From assembly GCA_004764695.1 (NCBI GenBank), contig SMSO01000007.1:1309270-1373269 (forward strand): a stretch of 64,000 bases of DNA, given 5' to 3'. This stretch comes from Schizochytrium sp. TIO01. Lineage: Eukaryota; Protista; Bigyra: Labyrinthulomycetes. The position numbers were made by a program, and so were the translations under genes. Shown in pieces: positions 11,181 to 21,648 of the stretch (its first letter is position 1; each line of letters starts with the position of its first letter). Under the pieces are notes generated by a model. The model searched no databases. It was not told the DNA's origin and was given only the letters and a program-made list of their open reading frames with translations.

Positions 11181-13151
11181 TTAATCTTGTTCACCGCCAA
11201 GAGCGTTACATGAGTTATAAGTGTCTCCTCTTTGAAGCTCCTCTGCCTCATTAAAGACGATTTCCCAACCTCCGTATGCGAAATTAGAGGCGACAGTGAC
11301 ATCTGGTCCCAACGTTTCAGGCTCCCGGTGAAGCTTTGTTAGTAATTCAGTCATGTCATTCCAAATCTGGGGACCAAGACCTGTGCCTGGGTAGTCCGAA
11401 ATAGTAGGGTTGCCGTTGGCTTCGAGGAAGTGAATGTTTTGATCACTATCAATCATCCAGTCCAAGCCAAAAAGCATGAAAGCACCGTGACGACGCTTTA
11501 GTCGCGTGCGAGCCGCTTGAAAGACAAAGTTGGTGACCTTCTTGACATACTTGGGGAATTTACTGCTCATAAAGTCCGATGGAAAGCCCGCTTCGGTCGA
11601 CAAGTATTCGTTGAGTTGGTCAAAACTCCAAAAGTGGCCTTCAGTATTGTCCTGGACCTTATGGTTCGTAATGTGGCTTGCGCGGGAAAAGCTCGAGTCT
11701 GTATAGGCCTTGGAGGATCTACGAATAAATCCACGGTGGTAAAAAACAACAAACGGCTGCGTAGACGCAATAAGAAGATAAGTACGCAAGTCAAACTTAC
11801 GCCCAGCAATAAGTTGCGGGTTGGCAATATACTCCATCATAATGTAACCAGCACTTCCCTTCTTGTCCTTTGTGCAGCGACCATATTTCTTGCGAATCTC
11901 GGACTTGAGACCACGGTAGATCTTGATATTCTTTCCATGGTACGATCCACCATCCTTACCAATCCACAGCTTGTCTGCATTGGCCTCGTCCTTTGCTACC
12001 TCGAAGAAGCGCTCACAATCAGCCTTCTCGCGCAAATTGTATTGCGGTGGTGAGACTTTAATGCTAGAGTACTCGCAACCATGTTTGTTGGCAAGTGCTA
12101 CCTTGCAGCGAAGCTGAGCGCCTTTAGTGCCTCCAATGCAAGAGCTCTTGGAAATTTGGCTGATCATCTTGCCTGTAGACCCAGGTACCTTGGTAATGGG
12201 TTTGGTCACGTACAGCGCCACAGGGGAGGTCGAGTCGTAGCGGTGTTTCCAGCCGGCATGTTCCCATGCACGATAGAGACTGATGAATTTGGTTCCCATC
12301 ACGCGGAAAGTCTTGCGGTACTTGTTGGAAACCTGCGCAAGCAAGTGATGCTTGCCGTTGCCAAGATCAACAAAGCCGAGTTCGCTAGGTTTTGTCAACA
12401 CCGGCTCTTCCTCATCGTCGTCCTCCTCATCTTCATTAGGCTCAGGCTCCAGGTCCTCGGCTGCCTCTTCATCTGGGCGCTCTACAACCATGCCCTTGAC
12501 GCTTTCTTCGCTGAGCTCCACGCCTTCGGGCGCCTGGTCAAGGTCGTCAGCACCATCATTTGCGCCATCGTCCTCATCCAAAGCAAAGTTGCTCTCCTCG
12601 TCAAGGTCTAATGAAAGCCTCAAGCCATTGTTCTCGCCTGCATCATCTTCCTCGTTTTCATCCAGGGAGAGTCCTTCATCCACGGGTAGGTTGTCCGCGT
12701 CCTCGATTTCAACATTTTTGTTATCCTTGCTGATGACTTCATCCGGTTGCGTCAGCACGTTGCTGTCAGACTTCGTAGCTCTTTCGTTTTTATCCATAGG
12801 ATACTCGTTGTTTTGTGTTTCGCGGTGTTGCTGACGTTCCCACATCTGGGATTGAATCTCTTTCACAGTGTCGTCCACATCAGCTTGCTGGCGTAGATTA
12901 AGTCGCTGGTTCTCTCTCTGAAGCGCCTCTACGCGTGTCTGGAGGTCAGCAACGATAGCCTCAAACTTGTGTCGCTCCTCCTCAAGTCCAGCGTCATGAT
13001 CTGCGCGGCTTGGAAAAGCTCTGTCTGTGAGCGGCTCAAACCTCGCGTCCATTTGGCTGTTGATGCAAGCCATGCGCCCATCCAGCGCCAGCAGCGTTAG
13101 CACACACAGGCACACCAGCGAGACAACATCGCGGAACCGCACTGGCGCCAT
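11181..13151 (-). CDS. Tubulin-tyrosine-ligase-like (TTL/TTLL) ATP-grasp protein with N-terminal signal/anchor and acidic stalk
   Basis: Motifs WIGK...HGKNI, EYIANPQLIAGRKFDLRTY, HITN, FGLDWMID, LEANGNP. Likely start MAPVRFRDVVSLVCLCVLTLLALDG at 13151; alternative ATG at 13247. Confidence 0.85.
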   Translation of the reverse strand: MAPVRFRDVVSLVCLCVLTLLALDGRMACINSQMDARFEPLTDRAFPSRADHDAGLEEERHKFEAIVADLQTRVEALQRENQRLNLRQQADVDDTVKEIQSQMWERQQHRETQNNEYPMDKNERATKSDSNVLTQPDEVISKDNKNVEIEDADNLPVDEGLSLDENEEDDAGENNGLRLSLDLDEESNFALDEDDGANDGADDLDQAPEGVELSEESVKGMVVERPDEEAAEDLEPEPNEDEEDDDEEEPVLTKPSELGFVDLGNGKHHLLAQVSNKYRKTFRVMGTKFISLYRAWEHAGWKHRYDSTSPVALYVTKPITKVPGSTGKMISQISKSSCIGGTKGAQLRCKVALANKHGCEYSSIKVSPPQYNLREKADCERFFEVAKDEANADKLWIGKDGGSYHGKNIKIYRGLKSEIRKKYGRCTKDKKGSAGYIMMEYIANPQLIAGRKFDLRTYLLIASTQPFVVFYHRGFIRRSSKAYTDSSFSRASHITNHKVQDNTEGHFWSFDQLNEYLSTEAGFPSDFMSSKFPKYVKKVTNFVFQAARTRLKRRHGAFMLFGLDWMIDSDQNIHFLEANGNPTISDYPGTGLGPQIWNDMTELLTKLHREPETLGPDVTVASNFAYGGWEIVFNEAEELQRGDTYNSCNALGGEQD

Positions 13152-14137
13152 TTCTATCAAAGACTGCCGCAGCGAGCCTGCAGGGCCCACTTCAAGCTCT
13201 GCAGGCCGCTTGTCCAATTGGATTCTGCGGTCCTTTTCACGGTGCATTGTCGCCTCCTTCGTTCCCCTTCGTCTTATACATCACTCGTGGCGGCTCCATC
13301 ACTTCTATCATTTTGACTATATACCCCTATGTACATAGTCGTGTCCATCGTAGCGCTCATTTGGGCCAATCGTAACGCGTACATTGGAATTGAAGTTGTT
13401 GGAATCGAGGAGTAAAGTTGGAATCAGACTTGGAACACGGGTCAAGGTGTCTTTTGGTTTCCTATTAAATATTTGGAATGCGTGATTACAGGAATAGGCT
13501 TTGCCGCGCATGAGCACGAGGCTTGGGGACTTTTATGTTTGTGGTGTTGTGATGTGATTTGATGCGATATGGACAAACACAGAGAAATATAAATAAAATG
13601 AAGGTCATGTTCATACGTTCCGCAAGCTTTCAGGAAAAGGGTAGAAAAAAGAGTTGCATATGGCAAACGCTTGAGATAACCAATTGTGTGCATGTCTAGT
13701 TGGTGCTGTTGATGACAAGACGCTGATGGCGAATGCGATAAAGTATTAGGTAACTGTTTAAAACTAGAGCTTCTTTCGAAAGGGGATCAGTCATCACTTC
13801 AACATGAAAGTACAAAATTTAATTTGGTTATTTAAGGAAACTGTTGAATGAACAGAGCTATAGAGTCAAGGCTAAATCACCGTTCTCTCTCGTTGCCAAA
13901 GCCCTCTTATTTAACCTTGATACACTCCTCATCTCTTGCATCTTCTCTTCGATGGCCATCTCTCAACCATTTGCCTGGGTTCGCGTACTTGCCAAACTTC
14001 ATCTCAATATGAAATACAGAGAAACTGATTTTAAGATTGAGAAGCTTTCAATGAAATTTATGGTTCACCTTTAAGTGTTCACTCTCCCAAATTCTAAATT
14101 ATACAAAATTATATACAAGAATAATGCATCAAACTAA

Positions 14138-15406
14138 TCAAACTAGAGTAATTCGCGATGTTGTAGAGAGGTCTGGGCACTCTACAGCACATACAGTACC
14201 GCTTGCTGATGTTGTCTTATCAGGAATAGATTTTTGTGGTGTAAGCTTCATCTTAACTTGGCTTCGCTTATGAGGTTCTCTGTGGAGAAATCTATACCAC
14301 GCTAACACGCATGCGAAAGCAATAAACAGGACGACCCCAAACGTGACTAATCCGACATCTCGAGCGTGGAGTGACGCAGATCTTAATTGTGAAGAGTCTA
14401 GCACTGCGGTGGGACTGTCAGTATTATGGTTTGTCAAGGGAGGAAGTATAAACGTAGGAAGAACCGTTGGTGAACTGGTCCTAGGATGGAACGATGGAGT
14501 GATTGGGGAAGTTGGTGCTCCTGTTGGAAAGAGATATGGACTCGACGTTGGTTCCAAAGATATAATTTGAGAAGAGTTCACAGTTTTGTCTAAGTCATAT
14601 ACGATGGAAGTAATCCATTCACTTAACGCGGAAATTCGAGTATACACACCAATACTGCCAATCCGATTACATGTGCGCCCCCACGATGTGACCCCAACCT
14701 GTCGAGCACGGCCCTGTTCATCAAATCCATATAATGGCCCTCCACTGTCTCCTACACATGTATTTACCAATGTTGCGTTGTCCCCAGCGCATATATTACT
14801 ATCATATAAACTACCTTGGTAAGTTTCATTGCAAAAAACTGTGTCGACCACCGGTACCGTAGCTTGTCGGAGTTGGGTCTCAAAGTGAATCGAGTTCGCA
14901 TCCTCATAGGTGAAACCCCAGCCTGCTATAAAGAGTTCGTGGCCAAGTGCTTCAAGTTGAGTTCCGGATTCAAGTGCAAGTGCAACAGGTTCAATTCCAA
15001 AGACTGCTTCCTGGAGTTCAATCAGAAGAAGGTCATCCCGAATATTATCCTCCGCGTCACCGGAGTATTCGTATGTTGGAGGGTAGTATAGATTTTTCAT
15101 GGATGCACTCACGCCCGACGTAGTATCCTCAAGGTCTGATGCATTGAAGACAATGCGTTGAACCTCAAATATGCCTTCCAGGCAATGTGCTGCAGAAAGC
15201 GCAAAGGAAGGTGATATAAGTGTCGCTCCACAGTAATGGCCAGACCTAGATGCCCACTCGTCCTGAATCGAACCCATCCAAGCAAGGCTATTTTGGTTGA
15301 CACGAGTACCTCCTATGATTCGCGATTGGACCTGGCGCCTACTGTGGAGGTCTTCACGCCACGACGATTCTATAACTTTTTTCGCGTCCAGCCATGGTTC
15401 CGCCAT
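14138..15406 (-). CDS. S1 (trypsin-fold) serine protease with Pro/Thr stalk and C-terminal TM; 5' end uncertain
   Basis: R|IIGG activation site, HYCGATLI, SAAHC, DDLLL, GDSGGP, GVTSWG, GVYTRIS. TM VGLVTFGVVLFIAFACVLAWY. No signal peptide in the ORF, so an upstream exon may be missing. Confidence 0.88.
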   Translation of the reverse strand: MAEPWLDAKKVIESSWREDLHSRRQVQSRIIGGTRVNQNSLAWMGSIQDEWASRSGHYCGATLISPSFALSAAHCLEGIFEVQRIVFNASDLEDTTSGVSASMKNLYYPPTYEYSGDAEDNIRDDLLLIELQEAVFGIEPVALALESGTQLEALGHELFIAGWGFTYEDANSIHFETQLRQATVPVVDTVFCNETYQGSLYDSNICAGDNATLVNTCVGDSGGPLYGFDEQGRARQVGVTSWGRTCNRIGSIGVYTRISALSEWITSIVYDLDKTVNSSQIISLEPTSSPYLFPTGAPTSPITPSFHPRTSSPTVLPTFILPPLTNHNTDSPTAVLDSSQLRSASLHARDVGLVTFGVVLFIAFACVLAWYRFLHREPHKRSQVKMKLTPQKSIPDKTTSASGTVCAVECPDLSTTSRITLV

Positions 15407-16550
15407 GCTGAGCGACGAGTCCAACGCCCCAGCAAAGTACCTCACGAGGTACCCAACCTAGATATGGCAATGTGATGCGAGGAGCGCTGTCCGAACAGTG
15501 TTGTCACGGCTATCCTGCTATTCGACCGCCGAATGGTCTTCTGCAAATAGGAACATAATTTTAATGGAAATTGAATCATTTTTTTATTATTTATTTTTTT
15601 ATAAAATTAAATAAAATGCACGAAGATGCACTGAAATAAATGCACTGAAATAAAATGCAGGCGTAGAGGGTCCAAATACCATGAGGCATTTGAGGCTTGG
15701 CCATATTAGCAGTGCCTCTCTTTTAAAACTGTAAATTCTAGATACTCTGGTTACAATACTTTGACGAAGAGTAGAGACTGTTCTCATTTAATTGCGTCTT
15801 GTGGCAGTATTATATATTCGCACAGGAGCTTTCCTGGGATCTATTCTCAAATCTGAGCTAATTTTTGTCATGCCTTGGCAATCTCGTATCTGGAATCTCT
15901 TACTAAGGCTTTGTGTTGCAGAACAAATTTAATCTGGGAAAACCATTTATCTGTCGCAAACTTCTCAAAGCTCATCTTTGGGGCTTCTTCCGTCATCCGA
16001 GATGCTTGCATTCTTGCGTCAAAGAGTAATAATCAATCCACTAGGATTTGACTTTAAAAGTCATAGCTGAGCATGGACATCTCAAAACTCGTAAGCCTTG
16101 AATTGTAGCTTGGTCTCAAGTTTTTCAATTTAATTGCAGTCAATGTTGCAAAAGGGGGATTCGGAGAATACAAGTATGATGATAAAATTCATCGGCGTTT
16201 GATATGAATCAATTTTTCGAGCTCATTTTATTTTCTAAAAATAATATCATCATTAGACACAGTAAAAGGTACTGGTGCTTTTGATAGTCTGTCAGGGGAA
16301 GCTGCGATATCTCCGTTTTTTCTCAGACTCAGACAAAATGAAGCTGTTTGGGTCCTATTCTGAAATAGTCAAACAACGTCCAGTCCGGAGCGTGTAATCC
16401 AGATATTTGAAACAGTGTACCGCTAGAAGCGTGACTAATTCTTCAATCGAAGATGAGTGAATAAGAGAGGCTTCGGTTGGAGTCCCTGCCGTCGAATACA
16501 TGCGTTTTCAAGAAAGGCGCATTAAGGAGCATCCTCTCAATATGAAACCA

Positions 16551-18022
16551 TTATTCATCATCTTCCTCATCCGCCGCTACTGCTGCAGCAGCCTCAAGCA
16601 GCTTGATTACTTCCTCACCATCATCAGTGCTGTTCTTGAGCTCAGAACGAGCAATGTCAATGGGTGTTGAGCCATCCAGAGTCTTGGCAGCCACGAGCTT
16701 GTCCAAAAGCTCTTCATCATTCTTGTCCTTCACATATGTAAGCAACGTCCGAGTTGCATAAACATTGCCGTAGAATGCAGCCCAGTGCAAAGCAGTCCAC
16801 CCATCAACATCTTCGAGCAAAGGGTCCGCCCCTGCATCAAGAAGCTCCTTCATAAGAGAGGATGCCTCGTCATAGCAGTGGCGAGAAAGTGCCATAAGGA
16901 AGCTAGTTTTGGTTTCCTTGTGTTGAACATTGACCATAGACGCCTTAATGGCAGCCTTTACGTTCGTCTCGAAAACTTCTACTTGGGGATCAGTCTTGAG
17001 ACCGGCGCTAGCAATTCTTTGAGCGTCAGCCCCAAGCTTGTTTGCCAACACTTCGGAAACACTATCACTACCATATTTAGCGTCAAACTTTTCCCGCTCA
17101 GGGAGCTCATCAACAAGTTCGTCTTGAGCACGTTGTTCTGCAGCCTGGTTTTTAAGTTCGGGGTTCTCTCTCAAAGCCTTTTCCTCAGAGACCGCCTTCC
17201 ATGGGTTTTCGGGCTCGATACCGATTACGTGCATAACAAAAAGTTTGTTTCGAAGGAAGCTCACGGGGATAATGATTGACTGGAGGAGAATTGGCTGGTT
17301 CACCCCAAAAAATTGGGGGAGAACGAAAGAGATAAGAGCACTCATAAAGAGCTGCTTCTGCATTGCTCCGATCTGCGCTTTCTCCAAAGTCAATTCTGAA
17401 ACTTGCACGTAGGGGTCGTTTTTATGCTCTGGAGGCGTATTCGGGTACTGGGCAGGTCGTACCCAAAGCATCTTTTCACTACTGCGTTTCTCTTCGACGC
17501 TCATCCTAAGGAACAGCAGAAAAATCAATCAGCAACAAGTAAGAACGTACTGGTCAGTCATCTTTTCCTACGATAAAATTGTCTCCATCTTTACACGACC
17601 AATGCAAGCCTCACCCGCCACAGCATTCATGCCACAACACTCAAATATTCAGATCAAATGGAATTATTTGTTCGCCGCGACATGTCGAGTGAGACAATTA
17701 CTTTAATCCAGCTGGAAATAACTTACTTGATATACACCAAGATTCCGAAGCAAATGAGGACCTCCGTGGATACAATGAGCTGGCCCATCGCAACGAGTTC
17801 TGGAGTCCAGGTCACTCCTTGCATGAGCAGGACTGCCGGCATAGCGAACATGGGAGTCGGGATCTTCTCAAAGAAGGTCTCCATATCCTCGGGTTCTTCC
17901 TCTTTTTTCTGTGAAGGGGCTACGGGGTCGGTGGATCCACGAATATCATTTTCATTAACCTCAGGTTCGAGCTCCGCCTCTTTAGGCATAGACTCGACAG
18001 CGGAATCTTCGTGTTCCGCCAT
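16551..18022 (-). CDS. PHO88/SND3-family membrane protein fused to C-terminal ankyrin repeats; 2 exons (18022-17727, 17505-16551), ~416 aa
   Basis: Exon 1 ends ATC AA|GTAAGT and exon 2 starts CCTTAG|G ATG, so the frames join as ...YIK-MSVEEK. QPILLQSIIIPVSFLRNKLFVMHVIG..ENPWK resembles the PHO88 C-terminal motif. Ankyrin motifs GADPLLED, GWTALHWAAFYGN, GSTPIDIA. Confidence 0.78.
17506..17726 (-). other. Spliceosomal intron, 221 nt, phase 2
   Basis: GTAAGT donor, GCTGAT branch-like site, pyrimidine tract and TAG acceptor; restores the reading frame between two ORFs. Confidence 0.85.
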
Positions 18023-19155
18023 GATACTCCTTTCGTCTCAAACGCTGAGTTTCGGGCCGAGCTATCTATAAGTTTCGAGCAGGTTCGCAATTAGGAGCAA
18101 ACAGCAATCGCAAGTGTAGAGTGGCTCCTTCAGAAAGCTTGTGGTCGCCAACAAGCTCGGAGCGGACTTCGTTCGAGTTTGTAGGTTTGTTTCGCTCTGA
18201 TTTTGCTTACCTTTACTCTGCGCCGCACTGCTTTTTAATAGATCTTCCAAGTCCTGAATTATGGGACATGTACCGATGGGATACCACGGCACGGAACTTG
18301 AAGAATCCACTTGGAGAAACCTTCACATAAGCAGAGAAACACGACACTGACAATGTCGGTGATTGTGCTTCGTGTAGGAGGAGGTGAAACCCGCAAGTAT
18401 TGTTCCATGGTGCCTTCTTTCACGAATATCAGGTCACCGTTTTGGGGCACCAGGCCAGCTTGGCATGCTCCCTTCACTGCCCATGAGATTCACTATTTTT
18501 CTTACTTTTTGTTTCCAAATAAGCGATTCTGTTCTTGTGCACCTCTTAGTGCAGCAAATGTTAGTTTTCTACAGCCGAGATTCAGGATGTGACTGCTGAT
18601 GGCATCGACGCGCAGGACATATCACCTCGCGACCATTATATGCTTGTGGCTGCCCATTGTGCCACTCTCGCAGCGAACCTCAACCTCACCAGCTTTGAGG
18701 TTCATACGGGAGACCACACTCAACACACTCAAGACTCCAAGCAGCGCGTGCTTTTCTGGTTCAGAGGCAGTGCAAACTCAGGGTACATGGGTGTCAGGAC
18801 CAGGATACCATGGAAGGCAGTGGTCTACCAGCAAGTTAGTCAGTCGGTAGTGAGTATGTGGCAGTAGCAGTAGATAGGTACCACTCTCAAAGGCAATATG
18901 CGCGACTGGAGGGCATGAAATCTTGCAGGCAAGACAAACTCCACCACTGGTTGGAGCTAGCAAAGAGGTAAACATAGTTGAATGTAATTATTAAGGGGGC
19001 ATTTGTAGGGTAGTAATAGTGTAGAAATAGAGCAAACAAAGATCAGCGGTCAGGTCCTATCAGTTGTAAAATAACAGCGAAGATGCTTTGTTATCGAAGC
19101 TGCGGTGCAGATTGAAAGGCGAGTGGCAAACATTTTGCCATACGATCTGAAAAAG

Positions 19156-21648
19156 TCATTGGGAGCCTTCAAAGAAAGAGAAATCAAGATCATCATCACA
19201 GATGAGATCTGAGTTGGTGCGTAGAAGCGAATTGGGATCTAACAACTTGCGGAAAAATGTACCATCAGACTTAAGTGAGTCTTGGGAAGCCCCTCCGAGA
19301 AATGAATTTTGAGAGAAGTGGCCCAGGTCGATCAAAGAGCCCTGGGAGTTCCCAGTGCTAATCTCAGCCCCTGTGGACGAGTCAACTTGCATGTATGTAG
19401 CCTTATCAAGGCCTTCGTTGGAGTCTTTCTCATGGTGATTACTACCGACTTTCTCAGGTTCATCATCATCATTATCAAAGTGGCTGAGGGACAAGGCATC
19501 GACACCAGCCATAGCAACATTTTCAGGAGACGATTTGGACTCAGATGGTGCAAGTGTTGCTGTTGGATCAAGTTTCCTTTTGGGGCATTCAGTATCGTCC
19601 TCATCAATATCATCGTCGTCCACAGAATCTTCAATGATTTTGTGCTTTCCTTCATCATCTTCATCGTCATCATCATCATCTTGGCTGTTATCATCTTGAC
19701 TCTGGCTTTGACTTTGTCCCCATTCCAAATTTGCATCATCTTCCGTCAAAGTACCTACTTCCTTTCCCGTAGCTTTGGAGTAAAATTCAGCATATCGAGC
19801 CATGAAGGCACGCAAACAGGTTATTTGATAACGAAGCATCTCCGCAGGGGTCGGGATGGATACTTGCGCGTCTCCGCTGTCCAACGGCTTTCCTGTCAGA
19901 GTTTTTCTAGTCATAACGGCACAGCTCGCTGGCTGACCATTGTTTACCTCGGGAACTGGAAGCGAGTGATCTAAGTAAGAGACAGGAACCGAGGCCACAG
20001 GGGGTGGGGGGGCGCGGAACTTTGAAGAGGATGCGGGAGGGGGGGATGAGGGTGAGGACGCATGATCTGGTTTCATTTTCGAAGATGTACTCTGCGGCTG
20101 AGACGGCGGCGTGTTTGCAGCATCAGTTGTTACATCATTCATGTCTTGCCGCGGCACTTGACGTGGAGCCTTGAACGAACGAGGACTAGGTCGCGGCCAA
20201 TTCGAAGCTATGTTCGAATGATAAGAGCCTACGCCTTGCAATTTGTTCACAGAGGAAGCTCCCGTTAGATTGCTTGGTTCTGAATCCTCGACTGCCTCTT
20301 GACTATCGCTGTCGAGATCAATTGGCACAGGATCTTGACTATTGGTGATCCTGAACTTTTTTCGACCTAGCTTTGACTGTGAAGATGATGACTGCGAGGC
20401 AGATGAACGAAGAGATACTTGGGATGACTGCGATGCTTGGGATGCAGAGGATGACGATGGAAAATCAACCGTGCTTTCCACAGGGTCAACGATATTCTGT
20501 GTTGATGCTTGCTTTGGTACACGAAATGGTGCTGAAATTCCACCCTTCTTTCTCGGAGCAGAGAGACCCAAGCGTGGTCGGCTGCGCATTGTGGTATTAC
20601 TCGATTGGGAGGAAGCTTCGCAGTGTGATGACGCGTTTGTGCTTCCTATCGAACCTTCCGATAGGACACGCTGGTTTTTCTGAGGTAAAGGCGACTTCCC
20701 AGTTGCGTCTTGACCTTCTGATTGTTTTTCACCTTGGCGTTGCGCATACCAGGCTTGCATTATCGGCTGGAGTCTATGAGCCAACCTTTGTACAGCCTGA
20801 ATCATCACAGGGCTCCAGAGATACAATTGGCGTGCATTCGTAGCCCTGATGTGAGCAGCCTGTTTTGTGACAAGTTTTAGCGAATGAAAAACTTCTACGA
20901 CTTCCTCTACGTGGATTTTACTCTCAATTGGACGCAGAACATCTTCGTATTTTGCAATGAGGTCGTCTACCGACCATGGATTCAGACGTTTAGGAGTTGC
21001 AATTTCCACATACCCAGCTGCCAGAATACGACGCGCTAAATGAGTACGCGTTGATTTTGTGCACTCTGGTGCTTCGCGCAAAACCTCTTCAATTGCACTT
21101 GAAACGCACCCAAGACCATTCCAGACTAAGTTATTTGTTCTTGCATCTTTGGCAATAACATTGAAGGCACCAATCAAGACGATGGCTTCTTTTAGAACCG
21201 ACTTATCGAATCCAAAGTCACTTACGAGCTCTTCGATCACTAGCACCGTCTGTTTCTCATAAAAGAGGGCGTGGAGTGATTGCACGATCTCGCACGGTCT
21301 CTGAACCTGGCTTAACAGACCATTGCTGCGGCCGTTGAAAGGATCTGAGCTTATGCGTGTCGCAGAACCTTCACTATCTTCATGCAGGTTCTTTTCAGGT
21401 TCTCGTTGTTGTTGCGGTTCCTTTTCTTGATCTTGTTGCTGTTGTGAGTCCTTTTTAAAGTTTTGATGCTCATCCTGCTTCAGTGTCTCATGAGACATGG
21501 AATCTCCTTCTTGGTTGGACCTTTTCAAGGTCGTACCGTCATCGCCGTTACCGCAGTCTATGTCATCTCGAGGCCTTTTTGCAGAAACCCGTTGCGCCAA
21601 GTAGTGATCATCGTCCCCATTGTTTTGGATTTGATCATGTTGCGTCAT
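19156..21648 (-). CDS. Atypical E2F (DEL/E2F7/8)-like protein with two degenerate winged-helix domains and an SQ-rich disordered C-half
   Basis: 830-aa ORF. Two segments end in NNLVWNG and QLYLWSP and follow the E2F DBD hydrophobic pattern but lack RRxYD. The C-terminal helix LRYQITCLRAFMARYAEFY resembles the DEL-family C-terminal motif as I recall it. The ORF is secure; the family call is by-eye alignment. Confidence 0.6.
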   Translation of the reverse strand: MTQHDQIQNNGDDDHYLAQRVSAKRPRDDIDCGNGDDGTTLKRSNQEGDSMSHETLKQDEHQNFKKDSQQQQDQEKEPQQQREPEKNLHEDSEGSATRISSDPFNGRSNGLLSQVQRPCEIVQSLHALFYEKQTVLVIEELVSDFGFDKSVLKEAIVLIGAFNVIAKDARTNNLVWNGLGCVSSAIEEVLREAPECTKSTRTHLARRILAAGYVEIATPKRLNPWSVDDLIAKYEDVLRPIESKIHVEEVVEVFHSLKLVTKQAAHIRATNARQLYLWSPVMIQAVQRLAHRLQPIMQAWYAQRQGEKQSEGQDATGKSPLPQKNQRVLSEGSIGSTNASSHCEASSQSSNTTMRSRPRLGLSAPRKKGGISAPFRVPKQASTQNIVDPVESTVDFPSSSSASQASQSSQVSLRSSASQSSSSQSKLGRKKFRITNSQDPVPIDLDSDSQEAVEDSEPSNLTGASSVNKLQGVGSYHSNIASNWPRPSPRSFKAPRQVPRQDMNDVTTDAANTPPSQPQSTSSKMKPDHASSPSSPPPASSSKFRAPPPPVASVPVSYLDHSLPVPEVNNGQPASCAVMTRKTLTGKPLDSGDAQVSIPTPAEMLRYQITCLRAFMARYAEFYSKATGKEVGTLTEDDANLEWGQSQSQSQDDNSQDDDDDDEDDEGKHKIIEDSVDDDDIDEDDTECPKRKLDPTATLAPSESKSSPENVAMAGVDALSLSHFDNDDDEPEKVGSNHHEKDSNEGLDKATYMQVDSSTGAEISTGNSQGSLIDLGHFSQNSFLGGASQDSLKSDGTFFRKLLDPNSLLRTNSDLICDDDLDFSFFEGSQ

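Noticed and set aside
18259-18975. Cluster of 60-90 aa ORFs on both strands
   Set aside because: No motif or codon signal strong enough to choose a frame.
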